Positions 56,463 through 63,202 of a stretch of 64,000 nt of DNA are shown piece after piece. Location of the stretch: the IMG/VR virus record IMGVR_UViG_3300047202_000291, one strand, 5' to 3'. The notes below the pieces were generated by a model. That model ran no database searches. It was given only the letters and a program-made list of their open reading frames with translations, and was not told the DNA's origin. This DNA comes from a virus (Duplodnaviria; Heunggongvirae; Uroviricota; Caudoviricetes). The stretch's first letter is position 1; each line of letters starts with the position of its first letter. A program made the translations under genes and the position numbers.

Positions 56463-56951
56463 ATGAATGAAGAGAATGTGTTCCAAATCGTGTTTATGGT
56501 ATGCATAATATTTCTTTTTGGATTTGGGATTTTATATAGGGAGCCGGTAGCATATAGCATCGCAAAGGGCGAATTGCTTTCGGCATCAAAACAATATGAC
56601 GAGCTTGTGGTGCCTTATCTTTCCAATTGTAACCAGTTACAGGATGACGCGCAGGTGAGATGTATGATAGACGAACTTAGGCCGATCATAAAATATAATG
56701 GGACTGAAAAATCCTTAACAATTTTATCTCCGGAAAAATATCTTGAGCGTGGCGGAACCTGCAAAGAGATTGCAGCAATTTATGCTTCTGCATTTAGGCA
56801 GTTGAATTGGACGAGGGTTGATTTTAGGTCTCCGGTTCCAAGGCACATGTCAATTACCATAGCTAAAGCGATTGATAATAGTACCTGGATTTATTGTGAT
56901 GTGGAGATGAACAGAGCAAATTGTATCAACGTCCAAAATACACTATGGTAA
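56463..56951 (+). CDS. Transglutaminase-like protein (second copy) with an N-terminal TM
   Basis: ERGGTCKEIAAIYASAFRQLNW...H...D. Confidence 0.5.
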   Translation: MNEENVFQIVFMVCIIFLFGFGILYREPVAYSIAKGELLSASKQYDELVVPYLSNCNQLQDDAQVRCMIDELRPIIKYNGTEKSLTILSPEKYLERGGTCKEIAAIYASAFRQLNWTRVDFRSPVPRHMSITIAKAIDNSTWIYCDVEMNRANCINVQNTLW

Positions 56952-57832
56952 ATTTATCAAGTATTTCGAAGGTTATCCGTATATTTACTTATCCTATAAT
57001 ACTTTTGTTACTATTCCCTATATTGATTTCGGCGAATTGGGGTTTTTGTGAATTGCCGGATTATATTAATTGTGTTGAGAATAATTTTACTTATCAAGAT
57101 GAAATTATTCATAGCAAGATTGCGTGGACAATGATTGATGATCGTGGCTTGACTTACGAGCAATTTGCTCCGAGCTCTTTTGCAGTCGGCAATGTTTATG
57201 TCCACATATATTATGAAGGTGACGAGCTCTGGTATCTTTATAATCTCACTGATTGGAGCAATGAAACAATAGATAAATATACGACCCTTAGCGGTCCAGG
57301 AATTTTGCTTGATGGCTCTGGTTATTATAAGCTTGCTTCCCTTTTAGATGAATATGTTGGTTGTCCGGTTTTTGTAGCCTTGGCTTATAGCGATCAAACA
57401 TGGCTTGATGAAAATAATACAGAATGGATAACCTATGGCTGGGCCGGAGCAGGTTATTTGAAGCCAAAAAATAATACTTGTAGCCACATAAGAGTTGCGG
57501 AATGCTTGGCCGATGCGGATTGTCTTGAAAATGAATATTGCAATAGACCAGATAATCAGCTCTGGAAAAATTGGTCTTGTCAGCCAATTCCAGATGGCAT
57601 GAAAGTGGATAAGACTCCGATTGTCAAAAATTCTTTCATAGGAACAAATTATTTATCTAGAGCAGGTGGTGGATCTGGTTATACTCCGACCTACGAGAAA
57701 TCAGATGTTCGGAACATATTTATTGATATTGTGGCAACTCCCCTCGTATCTTTTATACAATGGATTGATTTGCTTGCACTCGCTATAATTATTGGAATTA
57801 TCGGGATATTTATTTTGAGGTTCAAAAAATGA
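56921..57832 (+). CDS. Secreted/membrane-anchored protein with N-x-S/T sequons and a C-terminal TM
   Basis: Signal peptide; C-terminal hydrophobic helix. Confidence 0.55.
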   Translation: MYQRPKYTMVNLSSISKVIRIFTYPIILLLLFPILISANWGFCELPDYINCVENNFTYQDEIIHSKIAWTMIDDRGLTYEQFAPSSFAVGNVYVHIYYEGDELWYLYNLTDWSNETIDKYTTLSGPGILLDGSGYYKLASLLDEYVGCPVFVALAYSDQTWLDENNTEWITYGWAGAGYLKPKNNTCSHIRVAECLADADCLENEYCNRPDNQLWKNWSCQPIPDGMKVDKTPIVKNSFIGTNYLSRAGGGSGYTPTYEKSDVRNIFIDIVATPLVSFIQWIDLLALAIIIGIIGIFILRFKK

Positions 57833-58032
57833 GCGCAGAGGATATTTTAGAAGTGCTGAAAAAACATAAGAGAAAATGGTTTACATCAAAGCAGCTTGCC
57901 GAAGAAACCGGATTGAGCCATCAAAGTATAATTAACAGCCTAAGGGGATTGCGGAAAGCCAACAGGCTTTATTATAAGGAGGATAATAGTGGGTATTTTA
58001 AATATCAGCACAAGCCTAACGGACTTTATTAG
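57829..58032 (+). CDS. Winged-helix DNA-binding protein
   Basis: FTSKQLAEETGLSHQSIINSLRGLRKANRLY. Confidence 0.55.
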   Translation: MSAEDILEVLKKHKRKWFTSKQLAEETGLSHQSIINSLRGLRKANRLYYKEDNSGYFKYQHKPNGLY

Positions 58033-58408
58033 GCAAGGAATTTGGTTCTTTGCAATCGGCGTAATTTCAACTTTATTCGATTGGGCTTTTTTTGCAATTG
58101 GCTACAAATGGGTTTATTTGCCATATTGGGTCGCCCTAATCATTTCGTTTTCAATAGGTGCTTTCATCAACTTTAATTTGAATAAGCATCTGACTTTCGG
58201 GAACAAATCAAAGAGCGTCCTTCAGCCAATTACATTTATTATCATTGCTGGCACGATGCTTGCTATAAGCCTCGCTTTGATGGCTTATTTTATAAAGGGC
58301 ATGGATGCGATCATCGCTAGGATGATTACCACCGGAATAGTTTTTATCTGCAATTTCTTTTTGCATAAGATAATTACATTCGGGAGGCTTTTTAAAGATG
58401 GGGGATAG
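57989..58408 (+). CDS. GtrA-like membrane protein (GTG start)
   Basis: Four TM helices; INFNLNKHLTFG motif. Confidence 0.6.
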   Translation: MGILNISTSLTDFIRQGIWFFAIGVISTLFDWAFFAIGYKWVYLPYWVALIISFSIGAFINFNLNKHLTFGNKSKSVLQPITFIIIAGTMLAISLALMAYFIKGMDAIIARMITTGIVFICNFFLHKIITFGRLFKDGG

Positions 58409-58730
58409 ATGTGATTGTAATGAATATAAGCTTTATCATAAGGCTAGTGTGATATGCTTAGTTGCATTGCTCCTTCTTTTAGCCGGATTAGGTGTATTTG
58501 CACACCATGAATTTAGTCAAAAAAAAGCAGATGAGAGTTATGATATTTGTAACGCCACGATGACCGAGCGGCCCGAAATCACCGGGTTGTGGTTTGCAGA
58601 AGGATATTATTGTGTTTGGGCTGCAGGCAGGAACATTAAAAAAATAAATAAAACAGATGTGCACGAGAGTTGTCATGCTTTGATTCATGACGATCCGCAG
58701 CATTTTTGCAAGAGCTATTGTGAAAAATAA
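58398..58730 (+). CDS. Membrane-anchored Cys/His-rich protein
   Basis: TM helix; C..C...C..H..C..C. Confidence 0.5.
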   Translation: MGDRCDCNEYKLYHKASVICLVALLLLLAGLGVFAHHEFSQKKADESYDICNATMTERPEITGLWFAEGYYCVWAAGRNIKKINKTDVHESCHALIHDDPQHFCKSYCEK

Positions 58731-58931
58731 AAATGGAAAATAGAAAAATTTATAAACGTCATTGCATCACTGGTGCTTTATGGTAAGAATTAAGGGACTC
58801 ATACTGTGGTTGAAATCCACGACATCGGCTACCTTAAATAGTTCAGCGACCAGTTGCTGATCCATTTGCCATAGTTTTCTTCAATCATTATTTGCTATGG
58901 ACTTAAGATTTCTATGGCAATTTTTCACATT

Positions 58932-59089
58932 GGTTCCGTAGCTTAGCAGTTAAAGCATCTGGCCGTTAGTGCGTCCGTCACAGACCCCAAATCTGTGCAG
59001 CATCGTGACCTGCGAATAATTGTTTTGACGCGGGACAACGCAAGACAACGGTGACCAGGCGAGCCTCGGTGCAAATCCGAGCGGAACCG
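58932..59089 (+). tRNA. tRNA with an ~85-nt intervening sequence (anticodon possibly GTT/Asn)
   Basis: Acceptor GGTTCCG/CGGAACC; D-arm GCTT-AGCAGTTA-AAGC; T-arm CTCGG-TGCAAAT-CCGAG. Anticodon stem TCTGG/CCAGG flanks an insertion at 37/38. Confidence 0.5.
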
Positions 59090-59109
59090 TTTTGGGTGCG
59101 TAGGTGCGT

Positions 59110-59198
59110 AGGTGCGTAGCTCAACAAAAGAGCACCAGGCCTTTTATCAATGAAAGAAACCTGCGAGGTTGCGAGTGAGAATCTCGTCGCGCCCACCA
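59110..59198 (+). tRNA. tRNA-like element with encoded 3' CCA, preceded by GGTGCGTA x3 (identity unresolved)
   Basis: 3' CGCGCCC-A-CCA; D-arm GCTC-AACAAAA-GAGC; T-arm GCGAG-TGAGAAT-CTCGT. Anticodon region irregular. Confidence 0.3.
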
Positions 59199-59200
59199 TT

Positions 59201-59274
59201 GGGGTTGTGGGGTCTTAACAGAAACCTGTCGGTCTCCAGAACCGAAGATCCGTGTGCGAATCACGGCAATCCCA
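59201..59274 (+). tRNA. tRNA-Trp (CCA)
   Basis: Acceptor GGGGTTG/CAATCCC; anticodon arm TCGGT-CTCCAGA-ACCGA; T-arm CCGTG-TGCGAAT-CACGG. Confidence 0.7.
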
Positions 59275-59284
59275 TTTTTTTAAA

Positions 59285-59356
59285 GGGCTCTGGGTAGGGA
59301 AGCGACACGCCTCGCTTGCAACGAGGAAACAGCGCGAGCATTACGCGCAGAGTCCA
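59285..59356 (+). tRNA. tRNA-Ala (TGC)-like
   Basis: Acceptor GGGCTCT/AGAGTCC; anticodon arm CCTCG-CTTGCAA-CGAGG; T-arm GCGCG-AGCATTA-CGCGC (atypical loop). Confidence 0.35.
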
Positions 59357-59416
59357 TTATTTGTAATCATTACAAAAAATAATGATTAATAATCATATCG
59401 CGAAAAAAAGTTATAT

Positions 59417-59499
59417 GCGCAGTTGGGGAAGCGGTCAAACCCGCTCCGCTTAGGACGGAGTGCCTAGCGCTACCACAGGTTCGAATCCTGTACTGCGCA
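59417..59499 (+). tRNA. tRNA-Leu (TAG), type II
   Basis: Acceptor GCGCAGT/ACTGCGC; anticodon arm CTCCG-CTTAGGA-CGGAG; 14-nt variable arm; T-arm ACAGG-TTCGAAT-CCTGT. Confidence 0.8.
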
Positions 59500-59501
59500 T
59501 C

Positions 59502-59617
59502 GCGGACGTGTCCGAGCGGCCGAAGGAGCCAGATTCAAATAAAGGCTAAACTTAAAGCCATCGGAGAAATCTGGTGCTAAGTGCATAACAACAGCGGTTC
59601 AACTCCGCTCGTCCGCA
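59502..59617 (+). tRNA. tRNA-Leu (CAA) with an ~30-nt intron at 37/38
   Basis: Acceptor GCGGACG/CGTCCGC; anticodon stem CCAGA...TCTGG flanks TTCAAA plus a hairpin-containing insert; long variable arm; T-arm AGCGG-TTCAACT-CCGCT. Confidence 0.7.
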
Positions 59618-59621
59618 GTTT

Positions 59622-59706
59622 GCTGTGGTAGGACAACAGTAGTCCAGCTGGCCTGTAAAAAAAATCAAGTAACCAGCCAATCCCGATGCAACTTCGGGCC
59701 GCAGCT
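59622..59706 (+). tRNA. tRNA with a ~14-nt intron (anticodon probably TGT/Thr)
   Basis: Acceptor GCTGTGG/CCGCAGC; D-arm GGAC-AACAGTA-GTCC; anticodon stem GCTGG/CCAGC flanks 21 nt; T-arm CCCGA-TGCAACT-TCGGG. Confidence 0.5.
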
Positions 59707-59764
59707 TATTAATATTTCAGGCTTAAAATGTTAATCAGAAATTCCTTATTAATATTAGTGATAT

Positions 59765-59836
59765 GGAACAGTGGCCAAGCAGTAAGGCGCGAAGCTGCAA
59801 TCTTCGTATGCGAGAGTGCAATCCTCTCCTGTTCCT
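59765..59836 (+). tRNA. tRNA-Cys (GCA)
   Basis: Acceptor GGAACAG/CTGTTCC; anticodon arm CGAAG-CTGCAAT-CTTCG; T-arm GAGAG-TGCAATC-CTCTC. Confidence 0.7.
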
Positions 59837-59838
59837 TT

Positions 59839-59983
59839 GCCCGGATGATTGGGGAATCTGGTAATCCCGCTGGTCCGCTAATGCCCAGAATCGAATGGCT
59901 TAGCCCAGAATTGAATTTTGGACTTGCCCAGAATGGAACACCAGGATCGAAAGGTCATCTCGGTTCGAATCCGAGTCCGGGCG
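59839..59983 (+). tRNA. tRNA with a ~65-nt intervening sequence containing 3x GCCCAGAAT (identity unresolved)
   Basis: Perfect acceptor GCCCGGA/TCCGGGC; canonical T-arm CTCGG-TTCGAAT-CCGAG; D-arm region with GG. Confidence 0.45.
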
Positions 59984-60506
59984 TATGATTCAGAGTAAAC
60001 CATATGTGAAGACAGTGAATTATCATTGCCTTAGATGTAAATCTTAATAAATCGCATTTTAAGAGAGACTCGACGGTGATCTGTAAGACCTGTGGTTCAG
60101 AGCGTCGATGGAACCAAAAAATTTAAATATAAGTGTATGCTACAACATAAAGGATACTTGGTTTCCTTCATGCTTTCGATGCAAGGCCCGGGGAGAGCCT
60201 CAATCTCCTCATTTATATTCATTGAATAGCGGCTTCGGAAAAGGGGCTGATAACAACAGGCGAGGCTGTTGATAACCCAGTCGCTCAAAAATTCAGGTGA
60301 TTTACTTTCAATGTTAAACATGGAACAGAACGGACTGAGCATCGGAAGAACCGGGCGAACTCAAAGGAGATATATCGCCGGTTGCTTTGGGCATCAAGTA
60401 GACCAGCCCATAGTCCAATAGGCCTCTTCTGTTCCATAACAGCTTCTAAAAATTTGTGGACATTCCATTGGTTGTTTTGGAACAGCCAGAGTTCTATTCG
60501 GATTAT

Positions 60507-60578
60507 ACGGACTTAGTAGAATAGCTAGCACGCAGGGCTCATAACCCTGAGAAGGTGGCGCAATTCCACCAGTCCGTA
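60507..60578 (+). tRNA. tRNA-Met/Ile2 (CAT)
   Basis: Acceptor ACGGACT/AGTCCGT; anticodon arm CAGGG-CTCATAA-CCCTG; T-arm GGTGG-CGCAATT-CCACC; weak D-stem. Confidence 0.55.
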
Positions 60579-60606
60579 GTTATTCACACTTAACTATGAT
60601 ATGTTC

Positions 60607-60679
60607 CTGCGCTTGGTGTAACAGCTTAGCACAATTGGCCGTAGCCCAATTAGAACCGGTGCAATTCCGGTAGCGCAGA
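60607..60679 (+). tRNA. tRNA-Tyr (GTA), short variable arm (archaeal/eukaryal type)
   Basis: Acceptor CTGCGCT/AGCGCAG; anticodon arm ATTGG-CCGTAGC-CCAAT; 4-nt variable region; T-arm ACCGG-TGCAATT-CCGGT. Confidence 0.65.
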
Positions 60680-60681
60680 TT

Positions 60682-60754
60682 GGCCTCATGGTGTAACAAG
60701 TCAACATGTAAGCCTGTCAAGCTTACGCTTCGGATGCAAGATCCGATGAGGCCG
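60682..60754 (+). tRNA. tRNA-Asp (GTC)
   Basis: Acceptor GGCCTCA/TGAGGCC; anticodon arm TAAGC-CTGTCAA-GCTTA; T-arm TCGGA-TGCAAGA-TCCGA. Confidence 0.75.
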
Positions 60755-60823
60755 TTGCAGGCGTAGCTAAGCAGTCACAGCACGCAGATATGCAAAATTA
60801 TTTAAATAAGCATCATATCACAT

Positions 60824-61285
60824 ATGAATATGATGTGGAAAACATGGAAAAGAATTAGTAGGGGAGAATATTGGTTTGCAAAGATTCCAGAGCATCCTAA
60901 TGCAGATAAGAATGGATATGTGCTCGAGCATAGGATTATTATGGAAAATTTGCTAAATAGAGTATTGCAATCATCAGAAATTGTTCATCATGAAAATAAA
61001 AATACAAAAGATAATCGACCTGAAAATTTAAAATTGATGAATAAAGGAATCCATGCTAGAGAACACAATTTAGAAAGGGGGAGGATTTTTGTAAAATTAA
61101 GATGTCCTAATTGTGGAAAACAATTTATAAAGGCAAAAAATCAAACCCATCTAACAGCAAAAAGAAATTCAGCCACTTTTTGTTCATTAAAGTGTTCTGG
61201 AAAGCACAAGCACAATTACGAGCCCAATATTATTGAAGTATTCAAAACAAAAAATTCCGGAACACGAGATAAAGCAAAAATATGA
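60824..61285 (+). CDS. HNH homing endonuclease (HNH_3 family), AT-rich insert within the tRNA array
   Basis: GYVLEHRIIMENLLNR...EIVHHENKNTKDNRPENLKLM...HAREH. Confidence 0.8.
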   Translation: MNMMWKTWKRISRGEYWFAKIPEHPNADKNGYVLEHRIIMENLLNRVLQSSEIVHHENKNTKDNRPENLKLMNKGIHAREHNLERGRIFVKLRCPNCGKQFIKAKNQTHLTAKRNSATFCSLKCSGKHKHNYEPNIIEVFKTKNSGTRDKAKI

Positions 61286-61294
61286 TTCTTTTCT

Positions 61295-61407
61295 GCAGGT
61301 GTGTCCAAGCGGTCAAGGAGCCCGACTGATACGTCAAGTGTCCGGGAATTATATGTCCCCTTGACTAAGAGTTCGGGAAAGCGCAGGTTCGATTCCTGCC
61401 ACCTGCA
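61295..61407 (+). tRNA. tRNA-Ile (GAT) with a 40-nt intron at 37/38
   Basis: Acceptor GCAGGTG/CACCTGC; CCCGA-CTGATA|intron|T-TCGGG; T-arm GCAGG-TTCGATT-CCTGC. Confidence 0.65.
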
Positions 61408-61411
61408 TTTT

Positions 61412-61484
61412 GCTCCTGTAGTTAGCCTGGTTAATCACACCGGACTTTCAATCCGGAGCTCGAGTCCAAATCTCGACAGGAGTA
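61412..61484 (+). tRNA. tRNA-Glu (TTC)
   Basis: Acceptor GCTCCTG/CAGGAGT; anticodon arm CCGGA-CTTTCAA-TCCGG; T-arm TCGAG-TCCAAAT-CTCGA. Confidence 0.6.
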
Positions 61485-61485
61485 T

Positions 61486-61559
61486 GGGGTCGTAGTGTAG
61501 TTTGGTATCATCCTTCGCTTGGGACGAAGTGATCCTGCGTTCGAATCGCAGCGACCCCA
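61486..61559 (+). tRNA. tRNA-Pro (TGG)
   Basis: Acceptor GGGGTCG/CGACCCC; anticodon arm CTTCG-CTTGGGA-CGAAG; T-arm CTGCG-TTCGAAT-CGCAG. Confidence 0.75.
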
Positions 61560-61611
61560 TTCAGTTGATTATAACAACAAATATGATGATTTCGGTTGAG
61601 AATAGAAATGC

Positions 61612-61683
61612 GCGGAGGTAATTTAGTAGTAAAATGCTTCGTTGCCAACGAAGATAGCGTGGGTGCGATCCCCACCTTCCGCA
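61612..61683 (+). tRNA. tRNA-Gly (GCC)
   Basis: Acceptor GCGGAGG/CTTCCGC; D-arm ATTT/AAAT; anticodon arm CTTCG-TTGCCAA-CGAAG; T-arm GTGGG-TGCGATC-CCCAC. Confidence 0.7.
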
Positions 61684-61728
61684 TTAGATAAAAAATATAT
61701 GAAGTATGGAAAAATCTCCATACATTAT

Positions 61729-61801
61729 TGGCGCGTAGTGAAACAGACGATCACGGCAGCCTTCTAAGCTGCAGTTCCGGATGCAACTTCCGGCGTGCCA
61801 A
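61729..61801 (+). tRNA. tRNA-Arg (TCT)
   Basis: D-arm GTGA/TCAC; anticodon arm GCAGC-CTTCTAA-GCTGC; T-arm CCGGA-TGCAACT-TCCGG; acceptor TGGCGCG/CGTGCCA (one GU pair). Confidence 0.65.
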
Positions 61802-61803
61802 TT

Positions 61804-61877
61804 GCGCGCATCGGCTAATCAGGATATGTCGTCCAGCTACGGACTGGAAGGTGTGGATTCAAATTCCACTGCGCGCT
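61804..61877 (+). tRNA. tRNA-Arg (ACG)-like
   Basis: Acceptor GCGCGCA/TGCGCGC; anticodon arm TCCAG-CTACGGA-CTGGA; T-arm GTGGA-TTCAAAT-TCCAC; D-arm irregular. Confidence 0.5.
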
Positions 61878-61878
61878 T

Positions 61879-62121
61879 ATGAAATTTGAACAGCATTGCA
61901 AAAAAAGTAAGAGGCTCTTCAACGAAGATGGAGCTCTCTTTCATAGATGGATTGATATGTTCGCAGCAGAGGAAGGATATGCGCACAGGCATATCTTGCA
62001 TACATTCAAAGGAATGATACTTGGAATAGAGATATTTGGAGAAGCTGCAGGAAAGCACCTTGAGCAGCACATAAGGGATGACTTGCAATTAAAGAAGAAA
62101 GATGAGCTTCCAATATTTTAA
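61879..62121 (+). CDS. Hypothetical protein (His-rich), abutting the tRNA 3' end
   Basis: ATG 2 nt after the tRNA; 80 aa. Confidence 0.4.
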   Translation: MKFEQHCKKSKRLFNEDGALFHRWIDMFAAEEGYAHRHILHTFKGMILGIEIFGEAAGKHLEQHIRDDLQLKKKDELPIF

Positions 62122-62168
62122 ACACCTCTGAACCTGGAAACACCAGCGCGCATCTGGTCGGCGGAATT

Positions 62169-62240
62169 GAGGTCTTAGCTTAGCTAGGAGAGCACATGAC
62201 TGAAGCTCATGCTACCTGGGTGCAATTCCCAGAGACCTCA
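62169..62240 (+). tRNA. tRNA-Phe (GAA)
   Basis: Acceptor GAGGTCT/AGACCTC; D-arm GCTT/GAGC; anticodon arm CATGA-CTGAAGC-TCATG; T-arm CTGGG-TGCAATT-CCCAG. Confidence 0.75.
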
Positions 62241-62244
62241 TCCA

Positions 62245-62736
62245 ATGTACGACAAATATAAAATAATAGCGACCAAGGAAGAGTATTATGCAACTTGGGA
62301 TCGGGAGAACGTAGATATGCTTAGCGAGAGCCTCAAGGAGATGATCTATCAAAAATATTTCCTTAAGTGCATCGTCTTCCAGCGTGACAATTTTAAATGC
62401 CAGAATGAGCATTGCAAGCACGCAGATAACAGATTAACTTTACATCATATCAAGTTCAAGAAGAATAATGGTAAGGATAAGCCAAAAAATGCAGTTACTC
62501 TTTGCAAGTCATGCCATAATGCATATCACCAAGGCAAGACCATGTTGACCTTTTGGGGAATGACTTATCGGATTCAGAAGCAGGAAGGAGAAATAAATTG
62601 GAAGGCCCAGAAGGCAAAAGGCAAAACCATCAGGACTGAAAACAGAGAACATTGTGGCTTCAAAATAAGTTGGAAGCTTTTAGCTATATTGATGAGATTC
62701 CTTGAAAGAGAATATACGGAGTTGGATGATGACTGA
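62245..62736 (+). CDS. HNH endonuclease (start trimmed to the first ATG after the tRNA)
   Basis: CQNEHCKHADNRLTLHHIKFKKNNGKDKPKNAVTLCKSCHNAYH. The track start at 62209 lies inside tRNA-Phe. Confidence 0.65.
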   Translation: MYDKYKIIATKEEYYATWDRENVDMLSESLKEMIYQKYFLKCIVFQRDNFKCQNEHCKHADNRLTLHHIKFKKNNGKDKPKNAVTLCKSCHNAYHQGKTMLTFWGMTYRIQKQEGEINWKAQKAKGKTIRTENREHCGFKISWKLLAILMRFLEREYTELDDD

Positions 62737-62832
62737 GACAATCAATGAGCTGTATGATAGGCTAGGCTTACATAAATGGTGGCAAGAGCCTTTGCCAGAA
62801 AATAGCATCATAAATGATTTACCACTATAGAC

Positions 62833-62903
62833 GCGCTGCAGATGTTGAAGTAGCATACCTGCCTTCCAAGCAGGGTGGATGGGTGCGATTCCCATGCGGC
62901 GCA
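62833..62903 (+). tRNA. tRNA-Gly (TCC)
   Basis: Acceptor GCGCTGC/GCGGCGC; D-arm ATGT/GCAT; anticodon arm CCTGC-CTTCCAA-GCAGG; T-arm ATGGG-TGCGATT-CCCAT. Confidence 0.7.
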
Positions 62904-62904
62904 T

Positions 62905-62978
62905 ATGCGAGTAGTGTAACAGTTTATGCACGACAGACTGTGACTCTGTAAGATTGGGTGCAACTCCCAGCTCGCATA
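62905..62978 (+). tRNA. tRNA-His (GTG)
   Basis: Anticodon arm ACAGA-CTGTGAC-TCTGT; T-arm TTGGG-TGCAACT-CCCAG; acceptor ATGCGAG/CTCGCAT. Confidence 0.55.
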
Positions 62979-62980
62979 TT

Positions 62981-63069
62981 GGGCGAATGGTCCAATCCGG
63001 AACACGACGCCTGGCTAACAAATATTTTTAGAATCCAGGAAGCTCAAGGTTCAAATCCTTGTTCGCCCA
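62981..63069 (+). tRNA. tRNA with a ~13-nt intron (anticodon unresolved, possibly AAC)
   Basis: Acceptor GGGCGAA/TTCGCCC; anticodon stem CCTGG/CCAGG flanks 20 nt; T-arm CAAGG-TTCAAAT-CCTTG. Confidence 0.45.
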
Positions 63070-63202
63070 TAAATAAAAGCAAAGCTTTATATATATGTTC
63101 CAACATACACCCTTTATCCGATAGGCGGTATAAAGCCAAATTCGGAATAAGCGGTAAGCAAAGCTTCGTGCGACGCTAAATCCGCAACAAGGAGAGAGAA
63201 AC

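Noticed and set aside
59728-59988. Track ORFs 59728-59988 (+), 58978-59199 (-) and 61301-61495 (+) within the tRNA array
   Set aside because: They fall entirely over tRNA genes, and their GC-rich 'protein' sequences are artefacts of structured RNA.
60758-60795. 5' tRNA half (GGCGTAGCTAAGCAG…) just upstream of the HNH gene, as a split tRNA
   Set aside because: No matching 3' half was found downstream of the HNH ORF. It is more probably a remnant than an intron-split gene.
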